Position numbers and translations under genes: made by a program. Below, in pieces: positions 52,101 to 64,000 of a DNA stretch of 64,000 nucleotides. Source of the DNA: Lingula anatina (lineage: Eukaryota > Animalia > Brachiopoda); contig CM120644.1 of assembly GCA_051362555.1 (NCBI GenBank), forward strand, positions 10,376,567 to 10,440,566. Reading direction: 5' to 3'. The notes under the pieces are model-generated. The model saw only the letters and a program-made list of their open reading frames with translations, made no database searches and was not told where the DNA came from. The first letter of the stretch is position 1; each line of letters begins with the position of its first letter.

Positions 52101-55100
52101 TGTCGTTGATGTTTGGTTCGTGAAGTCGCCATACAGTACAGATTCCATTTAGATTACTCTCTTTTCTTACATCATGTTATGAAATGTAGACTAAAAGCAT
52201 CTTCCCGTAAGTGGTTTCTTGTCACAAAAGGTGAGCATAAACTCCCAATAGAAGACATGGGGAACTTTGTCTATGCGGTCTAAATTAAGTCTCATTTAAT
52301 TAACTGTGATTATCGGGTAATCAAACGCGTCGCCCAGTCGTTGAATTATTCAAAGGCACGTCGAGTCTAATGCATGTCTGGCATAATCATACATGTATAG
52401 TAACGTACAGACGTTTAAATAGTGTAGTAATTCCAGAAACTCTGGAAATATGCGTACTAACTGAAATGCAGGAGCTGAATGGCGAGTGTTGAGGGCATAG
52501 AAGGTTTTTCCTTTATATGAAACGCCAATTGTAATCAACTTTGAATAATAATAATTATCTTTATTTTATACATTTCCATAAGTTAATTAAATGAATGTAC
52601 TTCTTTAAAACAGATAAAATGATGGACTTAAATTAACAGATTGGATTATATTGAATGACAATTAATCAAAGTATTTACATGAATAAAAATAGCATTTGTT
52701 TCCTTTAAGATATATATAAATATATATGTAATGCAATTAAGGTCCCTTTCAACGATGATTCTTGAAGTCTATTGAATCTGAAAGTATTCAGCTTCTATGA
52801 TGTGGCTGTATTTGGAGATGTGGCAGTTCTCAATTTAGGGACAGTTTATTCTGTAGGCCGCATATCAAATATAACCTTTTTTATTTATCTCTAGAAGTAG
52901 ATGGTTTATTTCGTGATCTTTGAGCATACTGTTTGGTTTCGACAGCTAGTATGTTAAGCATACAATAATATTGTAACAGTTAAATGTAATTTGTTCTTGA
53001 TCAATTGATGGAAATGAAATAAAAAGAGAGGTATAAATCAACAAATGATACAAATTACTCATTGTAATCACCTTAACGCCTTAAAGAAATGCCCCTTGAC
53101 GAATACGAGGAATATATCCTTAGGTGCGACTTACGTAGTCTTCTGGCGTTCAACGTAATGAACATAATAACGTTTTGTTATCAGACAGCTTAATTAATTT
53201 CCGCTCACGGGAGTATCATTCACATGCAGCGCCGTTAAGAGAACAAGGTCGACCACATGCTGATTGCTGATAGGGAAATATTTGTCAATTAAATGACAGA
53301 CGAATGCGTTTGCACTTTTTTAACATATGAAAAGTTGATTGGTTATTAATTAATGTAAGTCAGTACGTTACGTTACATTGCTCTCCCTTTGGTGCACTTA
53401 AAATTTTGCTTTGTAGATAAAACAATTATACAATAGATGCTTAGTCAAAATATTGATGTGATAGCTTCTAATTAAATTACGATGACGAATTGTATCTGAT
53501 GCGTGTTATATTGCGTAACAAAGGACGGTAAACCCATTTTCTACCAGATAAGCAGCCAGTGAAAGGTAGACTAATTTGCATCCAGACTTGGTGTTGCGTA
53601 ATTGTCAGGGCATAAAGCATAACTTACTGCATGCATCATTGACTCCTAGTGACAGCCGATGGCTGTAATGGCGAAGATTACTTTGGCGCATTGTACGTCG
53701 TTATTAGAAGTGACATAGATAAGGTAGTGTAGCTGAAATGTTTTGGTGGCAATCGGTCACTTTACAAAAAGGTATATATAGAACTGTTGTAATTAAATAG
53801 CAGCCATGAGGGGTGGTCGTGCCTTCGCCTCACTGCCACCGTTTATAGAGCGGTCAAATAGAAACTGGCCAAACGAGATTGGATTTTACGCAAGCGACTT
53901 ATCTCTGGACCATAGAATCCACTTAGCAAGATTTGTCCGTGATTTGGAAGCTATGCCAAGGCATTTAATTCGTTCTACAATTATCTGCTTCGCTTTCAAA
54001 GATAAAGCAGGCAAATATAAACCGGTGCGACCTCAACGTGTTATGCAATTATCTTTCCAAACAGTGACCGATCACGAATTTCAGTTTGTTGGATCTGTTT
54101 CCAAAGTGGCAATGCGTCAGTATATGTCAAGTATTGTCTATCGGGAAAGTGGTTGACCAATCGATCGATTAAGTTATCCCGTCTAGTGTTAGATCACCTA
54201 GTATTTGTCTTTACTGCATGCCAAAGCTTCTTGTTGTAACTAAAAGCTGCCACAGATCGATACCGCAAAGATAGAGACCCAGATGCAGGAAACTCCGGTA
54301 TAGAACTCTTAATCTTGTTTATTTCATTTCTGCCGCCTAGACGTCGATTTCGTTCCTGATTCTGTCGCGTGAGATGACGTAACTTGCTGTTTACATCAAT
54401 GCTTAATTGACCAAGCGCACTGGTGCATATGTTAAACGTATGCCCTTCAAAAGACAAAAGATAGCGTCTGGGCTGTTAGGAAATCACGATTTTTCAAATG
54501 TTATATTTTATAATACAACTGTCGAATTGGGTAGGGAAAAGCAAAACTGGCTCTAAATTATGGCACATGTTAATCTAAGGTGGTTTTCTTTCCCGTTTTC
54601 TTCCTTTTTTTATTTATACAATTGCCTCCTTGAGGCAATCGAGAATAGTGCATCGTAAGCAAGGGGAGCTTATAAGTATAATCAACAATCTGCTACAGAT
54701 TTGTAAACAGTGATTGATTAAAAGCCAGTCGCCAGGAATTATGTGGTGTTTGCTTGAATTATGTGTTGCATAACAACAACGCCCAATTGTTAAAGGAATA
54801 CATCACACTGAGGATTAAAGGGCAAATGAACGGTTATTTTCAAATCTAGAAGTTGAATGTTTTGAACGGCGTTTAGTTTAGAGTTGAAATTCGGAAGATT
54901 TTAATCGTGTTCAGTAACCAGTTACGTGAAAATGTGATCGGCTAATGACACTGGCACAATAATACCTTGTAAATAAACAATATAATGATAATAAATGAAA
55001 GATGAATGTGTGGTAATGATAGATTCTTGAATTTTTATTTCCACATTTATAATGCTTCTTTGCAAGTGAATGGATGTAATAAATGTAATCGTTCGGTTGC

Positions 55101-56017
55101 GCAACCCGTAATCCAACACAAAAAGTCAAAAGTTTAACTCGATGTATTAATTACAACTTGAAATTAGAGACGGAGTTTTCGTCCCTGGAAGCGATTTCTG
55201 TGGAACAATTATGGACGCACCTTCCGTGACTTAAAGTGGTATTTGTTCCTGTTGCTTCTAATTGATGGGCGATCGGAGTGTTAATCATTTTGCCATTATC
55301 TGAACCTTCACATTGAAAGCCATCAGCATCGATTAAAGTGCTTTGTTTTAACAACGGCTTCTTTGGGAGTGACTTAGGGTTAGGTATACATGCTAATCAC
55401 CGTATATATTAGGGTTATGGATAAATTAATGCCTTCGGATAGCTTCTTTAACAATTTTGGGAATTACCGCGTCGTCGGGCTTATTGATCCAGCTATGCGT
55501 ATTCAAATTCAAAAATACGTGCATTTTTTACCAAGCATTATCGAGAATGAATGCGACATTTTGGATAGGTCTTCCTTAGTTGCAAATGTTGTACTCTAAT
55601 GCTAACACCAACAAACTCAATAAGGTGAAATATTGCATGTATTTTAATATATATAATACACGTGTCACAACGAGGTACATTTATAAGTTGATCATATCTT
55701 ATTTTTATTAGTTTTTTTCTCTTTGAGGAAAGAAGTGCTGTGCTTCTATAGCCGTATCATGAACCATCATAGTGCTTTCCAGCGGTCGGATATATACATG
55801 TAGCTTTGAATTCGTCTAAAACACTATCTATTTTATAAAGTTTATACATTCCCCTTTTAACATATGCTGGAATGGAAATAATATTACCACAAAAACAAAT
55901 TTAAAGAAAGGAAAGGCGCTCTTCATCAGTACTTTATACACACTTACCCTGCACTAAGCAACGATTCAAGTACTTTGTCCAATCGTTCAAGACGTCAGGA
56001 CCTGAGCTACGTGTATA

Positions 56018-56150
56018 TATAAAGCTACAGCGCACTGCTACGCCTGGTTAGTCAGATATTTGACGAACGGAAACCCTTCGAATGGACGAATGTGTTGAAA
56101 ACCAGTGAGGGAATAGATACAGTTGTAATGTCCGAGGTTTTGAACAAAGA
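56018..56150 (+). promoter_or_regulatory. TATA/Inr promoter and first exon, possibly starting a CDS (MSEVLNK[D/E])
   Basis: TATAAAG at 56018, TTAGTC Inr with A at 56050, CRE-like GACGTCA at 55991, ATG at 56128 and donor GA|GTGAGT after 56150. A uORF MDECVENQ* starts at 56082. Confidence 0.6.
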
Positions 56151-57365
56151 GTGAGTATGTTTTTTATTAATTAAATGATTGATTAGTTTATAAGGTTGTT
56201 GTGTTCCAAAACATTTCACAAAACATGTTGTGCATTTGGTTGAATAAACATAATGGATTCGGCTTTGCGGAGAAGTGTCGCAATTGTAAAATATAAACTT
56301 TCATGGCAAAGGAGGACATATAACTGTAGTCAACTCATATAAACACCCTTTTCCAATTACTGAACCTTCAGATTATATACTGTTTTCACAATAGAAAATA
56401 ATATAATTTTATAGTGGATTGATGAACCATGATACGGATTCTCAGTGGTCGGAGAGACAGGTTTTCGTCCAAAATATTCAGTACAAAGAAATCCAAAAAC
56501 ATATTAAACTTTTGAGCAAAATTGTTCATAAGCTTAGTGGTTGGATCCTAAATGGAAATTGTCAAACTCAAGCTGAAACCTTTCATATCGTAACTTGCGG
56601 CCAACATAACGATCAGTGAGTGACAAAGTCTACTCACATTAATCTGATGAAGGTCTACGTCCAGGTTGGCGGTAAGCTAACCGTATGGATGTTTTTCGGC
56701 TTGTGTTCGATTATTTTAATATATGATATTAAACGTTTGTCTTTATGTTTAGAAAGGGGAGAAAATGAATACTTCAATCTGGAAGGGGGGTATATCGACA
56801 GGTCTTTTACCTTTCTGTCTCGTTAACCTTTACAATGCTGTGCCACCCACACAAAAAATAAACAGTTGAAGGCGTCACTAAATGGATACATAGAACTGAT
56901 GGGTCAGCGCGGGTGGAGAAAAATAGACGCTTGTCGACCCCCCCCCCCCCCCTTGGCTTCCTTTATCTGCCAAAGTAATATATTAATTATCATTGTATCA
57001 CTACATGCGCGACAGAATACGCAATGGCTGTATAGTTTATTATTTTGTGGCATGCATTTTGCAAAAAGAAATAAATAAAATCTTGGACGTGGTGTGCCAA
57101 CTTTGCACTGGTACGTTGACCCGTTGTAACCAATCTAATTTCTCTTCATTTCCCCGATAACACACGCAACATGGTCTTTTTTCTACAGTTTCTGGCACGG
57201 AAAGAAACGATTCGAAGTAATATAATCATTGATTTTGATTAAAGAAAATTTGAGCCTCCCAATCATCTTAGTGGCCCTCTGGCCATGTGCCAAGGCCAGA
57301 TGCCCGGATGGTATGCTAGGGTACACCTTCTAAGGCCAATCTAATACTAGTTAATACAATTTATG

Positions 57366-57382
57366 TTATTATTATTATTATT

Positions 57383-57415
<33 letters not shown>

Positions 57416-57425
57416 GATGATGATT
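57366..57425. repeat. (ATT)n(GTT)n compound microsatellite
   Basis: Direct reading. Confidence 0.9.
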
Positions 57426-59154
57426 TTCATTTGAATTCTGCTGCAGGTTTTGATTCAAATTATCAGTTTGAAAGAAAATTTATCAAATTTATTGTAGTCT
57501 ATAGCACCTGTATTGTCATTTACTTTTATTGTCGCCATAAGGACTTTTCCAATACCATATGTTTCGTAACTCCCAGAGATTAATGCTAAATTCAACGTGG
57601 AAATATCTATTCTTCCACATGGTGACAGTTTGCAGTGACAAGTGAAAACCATGTCACCTAAAGAAGGCATTGCGATTGAGTAGATCTCCATTTCGACGTG
57701 AGATTCAGTAGAATCATTGTTTATTACCTTTATTGTTGTTAAACTGTTTGTAGAGGAGATCGTGCGTTCATAAGGTATATCCTGTATGACCGTATACACC
57801 TGTTTTCAATTTGAGACCAATATTCTTAGAACCATACTCAAGTAACCTTTAATCAATTCCCGAAAAAAAGCGGTGATTGCATATTGACCCAAAGTCACTG
57901 GTTACCAAACATATTTGTGTAGACCCAACGCAAGGCCTTTGACGAATGAGATCCTGGAAGCAACTAAATCTAAACCTCACGTGCACAGCATGCAGAGACT
58001 ACCATTAAGTTGAATGGACATTGATTGCCGAAGTACTCTTAAATATTTCATCACAGTCTGATTGTAACTAGATTTTGATATGCCTTTTGTGTGCCGGGCG
58101 CAATGCGATGATGGGCCAGAGCTGCACGAAACAATATAAGAAGTGGAGGGTTTTGTCGATAGCCACAGTAATACTAAATAGTTATATCAAATAAGAGATA
58201 CTCAGACCTATGCAACCTTAATGACACAAAACTAAGAAATATATTTCTTAACAATAACACTTGTTGAACAGACTGGCAAAAAATATATATATATATTGAA
58301 AAACAATGACTTCTGAACAGCTACATTTCTTAGCCTTTTATTAGCATGAAAGCTGTGTATTTCTGTCATTTTTTCTTCCACCTTTCTTTTCTTTTCATTT
58401 CTTTTTTCCTTCCCTTTTGTTCTTTCAGAAAATTTTAGTCAGTTAAGAATAGGAGCATGCAGCCTCATCATAAAGACGCAAAATGGCATAGAAATAATTA
58501 GGTTACCTTGCATCAGAAGACTGCATAATCCTTCCCCTTATAGCTCGATTTATTGCTTATTCCGAATACATCTTACAGAATGCATTACCTCAGGTTAATA
58601 TGAACAATACCTGACTAAAATATTACCCGTAACTGAAGCAATTTCTTTGCCTTGGATTAATAGTGTCTGAGCTATACGCACTCTTATGTGTGGCACAAAA
58701 TTCACATTTTCTAGTCAGCCCTTCGTATGAAAAGTGTCGTGCTCATTTGTGGGTAAATATTGAAATCAAGGGACCTTCCATTTGCTTAAATCAACATCAT
58801 GGACAGTATTCATTGATTCAGCCATGCGTAACAATTCCATTTGAAAAGCATTGATTTAAAGAACAGCCGACATTTATAAAAACGTATGTCCAAGATGGGT
58901 TTAAGAGTAACAGGGCTTAAATAAGCAACATAATCCCCAGAAAGACGTCAGATTGGTTGCCAATAAACGCTGCACTGTTGTGTTAGGCACTGCGTTAAGG
59001 ATCGTAAAAATCCAATCCAGGTTCACGGTCTAAAGCGCTACATTGTCGTTAACAGAGGGTGCAAGTTAACAATAAGGTCAAATTGACATGGAAACTATAA
59101 AAAAAATGACTATCACTGTCCTCGTTTGGTAGGTCCCGGCTAAGCCTGATCAAC

Positions 59155-59298
59155 GCTGGATAGCTCTATCCCATGGATAACTGTATCCATTGGATATAAT
59201 TGTCGCCCTTCGGGTAGTTATCCTGAGGATAACAACCGTTTTTAGCCACTGGATATCAATATCAAAGGTGACAATCCACAGGACTGCACTATCCAGTG
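59155..59298. repeat. Array of short palindromic TATCC-nn-GGATA units, MITE-like
   Basis: CTGGATAG..TATCCCATGGATAA..TATCCATTGGATA..TATCCTGAGGATAA..CTATCCAG; the outer arms are complementary. Confidence 0.65.
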
Positions 59299-62200
59299 TA
59301 TGAGGAAGTAGACGCAGATTACGGCTGTTCTTGTGACGTGGTGTAGCATCATCAGACTTTATTTTCGACGTTTTGTTAGCTTCACTAAAGCTAGGTACTG
59401 GTAGTCTTTTATGAAGTAATTGTACAATTTATCTTTCTTGTTATATGATGTTTCATTAATATATGTTCGATTGATCTCTGTGTCAGAAAGCGCCTTAATA
59501 TTTTACGCATTTATGCATGTTAAATTCATCATTGTGTTCGACGGGTGACCTCATTAAGGCATTCTGGTGTTAAGTAACAACTGGTGTGAATGCAGCAAGG
59601 GAGTACCTTGCATTGATGTTAGAAACGGTATACCACTTTATCGCTCATTAATCTAACCTCTGTATCATGTTTTACCCAATTCGATGTAAAATTAATCTAG
59701 TTAGTGGTAACGGACAGTATCAAATTGCCCATAGTCGACCTAACCTTAAAGTCCTTATATTGTAGATGCATAATGTATCGACTGTGGGCACTAATAGATA
59801 CAATTGAAGAATAGGATCAGTTATCGCTGACTGGATCTCGCCTTATCAAACCCTCACCAGATCTATGGACGCTGTTTCTTGATCCAATTTTTGTGTTTGT
59901 GGCGGTCATTTGCTGTCTTGGCGTTAGCACATTTAGACTAGATAACTTAAGTGTGCAATGACTTAAAACTAGGCAGACGGTCTAGTTAAGGGTCGAAGAA
60001 GAACAGTCTTGCCTGGATTGATGTTTTATTATTGGGCGAATTGCCAGTCAATCTTTGGCAGCCGATGGAACTGTGTGGTCGACGACTGGCAGACGACCAA
60101 ACATTCAATACAACCGGAATATCAGTGCATTGGTTAAATGGCACCTGGGCATTGTCTAAAATAACTTTCATTACTCTTATTTGCTTTGAACATCATTTTG
60201 AACCACATGATTCACTTTTCTTTTGAATGTGCTCTATGAAATGGACTATTTCGAATAAATCAAAGTGATTATGTTGGGGAATATCATATTAGCCCTCCAT
60301 TTTATAAAGTGGGTTTTTACTTTATTCTTATATACAATAATGTTAATAATTAAAAATCACCAAAGAAAGATATGTGATACGGTTTTCCCATAGAGCGCAA
60401 GGTGTGTCGAACCGTTCATGGGTGTATTCTAATGACGTGTCGTTTCAAGGGAATCAATTAGGCAAATTGGTCGCGCTAAGATTTATTTGTTATTATTTCT
60501 TTCCCCTGTGACTGAATACTATTAATTCAGACTTTCACCTTAGCAACGGTTCATGTAATATCGTTTTAATAATAAATCATAAAACAAGGTGACATATCTT
60601 CCCCGTGTCGACGTCCTCGGTACTCGCGAAATGTGTCAAAATGATAGATGGACAAACGTCCTTCCGTGATAAAACAACTTTTTCTTAACCACTGCTGATT
60701 GGAGCCCAAGTGAAAACGGGTTTGACTAAAAGGGAATTTTAATGAAATATGATTAACACATTAAATCTTTTCTTAAGAGGCATATCGGGTTTTACTCCCT
60801 ACATGTTTTCGACCATCCATCAATGAGCCTGAATTGATCACATGACCGACACATTTCACTGCAATAGTTTGATTTTTACCATCGTTGTATAAGAGACAAT
60901 GGATTTCCCGTTCCACTGTATAATCAAATAGTTTTTGATAAAGTATTTTTTACTTGAATATATTAATATATTATTGTCTCCAAGGACAAACACAAACACC
61001 AGTATTTCTACATCATCTGCATTACTTTCTTTCCCTGCAAATTATACTGAAAAAGTACACCTTTTAGGTTAGGACGGGTTACTTCTCATATTGATAAATT
61101 GTGTATCCAAAAATCCAAAAAAAAAAAAAAAAAAACACATTGGGGGGCACTTTTAAAAGCTATTAAAGCTTTTGTTTTAGATTATCCGTACGTCGGAAGC
61201 CTAAAGCGGGTAAACCGTATCACTGAATTAAGTTCAAATCGGCCACAGATTTCGTCAGATAACTTCCCAAGGCAGAAAAAAAGTATAATGTACAATCGAT
61301 TGGGGCAAAGAGGGGTTATATTAAACAGCATGGGATACGTCCTGTAATCAATTTAGCACTGATTCCAATTACTGTGGATTCAAAAGGGTCATTCTGTAGT
61401 CATGTCGGTTGTTATTAGTGAACAACAAAACTGATATGATTTTGTTTCATTTAAAAGGCGCGGTGACGCCTGTGAAATACTGCACTGGCGTTGACGATGT
61501 TTTGCTCTGCTTACATAAAATGTATAAAGAGCCATAGAAAATAGCCATCTACATGTATTATCAAAATACCAAGATTTAGAATTGCCATTTATAGTGTGAT
61601 TGTAACTCAGAACGTAACGATACCTAACAATACATTGCCGTGCGCGGGTGGGCCGTCTCCAGGTAGTCAAATATACGTGTACGTTGCAACGGAGGTATCG
61701 ATTTCCCTAAAGTTCAAGAAGCCAATAGAAAATTCAAATATGTTTGGATGTCTTTGATTAAAAATCGCTACCAATAGATGTAAAGATGCGGTATATCAAA
61801 TAATGGATATTGTGTGGTACCTGCGGTGGTCTAGGATACCTTAGATTGGCCTTGCACTCTCGTCCCCTTTAAAGTGGTGGTCCTGACAAAATTTGATAGT
61901 CAACATCAAATTGATACACCACATTGATGTTTTTTAATCTTTTAATAGTGCTGCCGTTTCTTTTGTTACAATTTTTTGCGAGTGGTCCAAAAAGTGTTCT
62001 AAGAACGGTCACAAATTCGGGTTAACGGGGGTTTAAGTCTAATCTTTGTAATTTTATCATTACCCGGTACTACATGTAGCAATTTCTTACGTAAGTGGTG
62101 GCCTTTCTTCATAGAATAAGAACACTGGCAGAAAACGTCATGTTATGTAAGCCAAACGGTATTTATCCCAAAGAAATGTCCTCCTTTGGGATTTTAAAAA

Positions 62201-63714
62201 ATGTCACTTGGACCTCATATTGGCATTGATTGACGTCTGTAACGAGAACAGTGTCTTTATAATTCAGTTGTTACCATTAAATTAACGTGATATCTAATGA
62301 CATTTGTCAGTGTGTGCCTAATTTACCACAATGACAAAAGGCAATTGAATTGAAATACGTTTGATAAATCAGTTTTTGGTTTTGTCTACCGGGATTCGTC
62401 ATTATACAGTGCGCGGTACTAAGTGGCGGTTTATAAAGTCTAACAACTATTTAGCTCCCAACAAATCTGACTTTCTTAAAAAAGCGACACAGGCAACATA
62501 AGAGTGGGGATTCTGAATAGATGTGAAATATCTTCTAGATATATGAAACACATACAGATATCTGGACGTCACTTTGAGTGGGTGACTACCTCCACGCTTT
62601 TGTCCCAAAGGAATATGCATCGAACAATAAACATAATGTAATAATTGTGATTGGCTAGAAATATACGTCTAATCCGTAAACCAGATGACAATTAAAAACT
62701 GATACAGTTAATGAACTTTTTAATCTAATTTAATCGATCGTGCCGATGTTTCATTAGTATATACTGTGAGCATTAGTTTAAACTGGTATATATTGGTGAA
62801 GTATGAAAACTATGTTAACGGTATCTTTATCAATTATTAAACTGATTATTAACTTTTATTCTATTTACGTGTGCTAATTATATTGTGACCGCTCAGTGAC
62901 ATATTTGCATCATGTGTACGTATCTGGACATGATGTAACATGTGTGATGGATGAATTATTACTAAACCATACATAAAAAAGAACGGAGAAAAAAGGTAAA
63001 AGAGACCCTTGTGGTTGGCCATTGTTAGACAAATCACACGTTCAACAAATGCCACTTGTCCCAAGTGTAATGTAATTGGAATGCTGTGGCCCATAACGTT
63101 GGTATTAAGGCTAATGATTACGATGTTTTAACTTGTTTTTGTCTTAACGAGGTGATCATTCAAAATAACGCGCTTGTTGAGTGAGGACATGCGTTTCATT
63201 TATCCTGTTGTTGCGTGGAGGCTATTTTAGGGGTCGTCATCCTGTACTCGACGGACTGTATCGTGAGAGATCGCTGTTAGACAAATTATTTTTCAGAAGA
63301 CAGTCATCATTTTCTCGGAATTTCACGTATCGTCGCATAGATGATGAATTGAGCTGCAATTAAGTTTGTTTGGTTTGTCTGTTTATATAACAGAGACCAG
63401 GTTCGATAGGCATTTAAACAAGCGAAGGTTGGGGGCGCGAAATCAAGGCAAAATGAGTGTATTCAATATTGTTTGATATTTTTTTGTGGGCATATACATG
63501 TACATATCTGCAGCGCAGTGGTATCCTTCCCATAGTAATTAGATTTCATGGATTCAGATATGTGAATGATTATAAGCAGACGACCCCCCTATGATTGGTC
63601 CATTCCCGACTTACGTCCAATTCCCAGCGTTTTGTTTTTCACTCAATACAGAATAAGGTATCTCAACACAAGTCGATGGAATCTCCAAATTTTTCTTCGC
63701 AAGACTTGTCACAT

Positions 63715-63728
63715 GCGACATCTGGTGG
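63715..63728 (-). promoter_or_regulatory. CTCF-like core motif
   Basis: CCACCAGATGTCGC on the minus strand. Confidence 0.5.
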
Positions 63729-64000
63729 CAGTATGTCTTCTATGACTGTATTCAGTCAACAGGCAAGTGATGAGCTGTGGATCTTTGTATATAACTCTGC
63801 AGCCCTTTATTATTGACCAGGATAACGAGGCGCAATGCAGGAATAAGAGTGTTACCGGCAACACAGAGCCTCATTGATAAGACAATTGAAGAGCAGATAC
63901 CGTTCAAATCGGAGTACTCAACTACTAAAAGAAACCATGGCGCCAGTAAGCTGACGCTCAGAAAATAACAAAAGGCCTTTGGATAAACTACGTACATAAG

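Noticed and set aside
57455-57799. 114-aa minus-strand ORF
   Set aside because: GTG start, no recognisable domain, and no partner exons found.

Overview
This is AT-rich animal genomic DNA, probably a lophotrochozoan invertebrate such as a mollusc. That is inferred from the C1q-domain and TRIM-NHL genes, a MetaSINE-like repeat, microsatellites and GT-AG splice signals. It is not prokaryotic. Only one intact long CDS is present: an intronless RING-Bbox1-Bbox2-coiled-coil-NHL (TRIM) gene at 9542-11731. Its coiled coil has about nine 11-residue repeats instead of the usual four. Upstream lies a disabled C1q-domain gene (nonsense codon plus frameshift) followed by tandem copies of its C-terminal tail. 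The remaining ~52 kb has no recognisable protein-coding exons. It holds decayed Tc1/mariner copies, MITEs, SINEs, a Helentron-type element and microsatellites. It also holds several TATA/Inr-plus-splice-donor units that look like alternative non-coding first exons of a gene continuing beyond the window, plus a divergent minus-strand transcript. The 21.8-36.7 kb region is rich in CACGTG E-boxes, with D-box, RORE and CRE motifs, as seen at clock-controlled loci. All promoter and exon calls come from reading motifs by eye and need RNA data. I found no evidence of a wholly new system beyond these leads.
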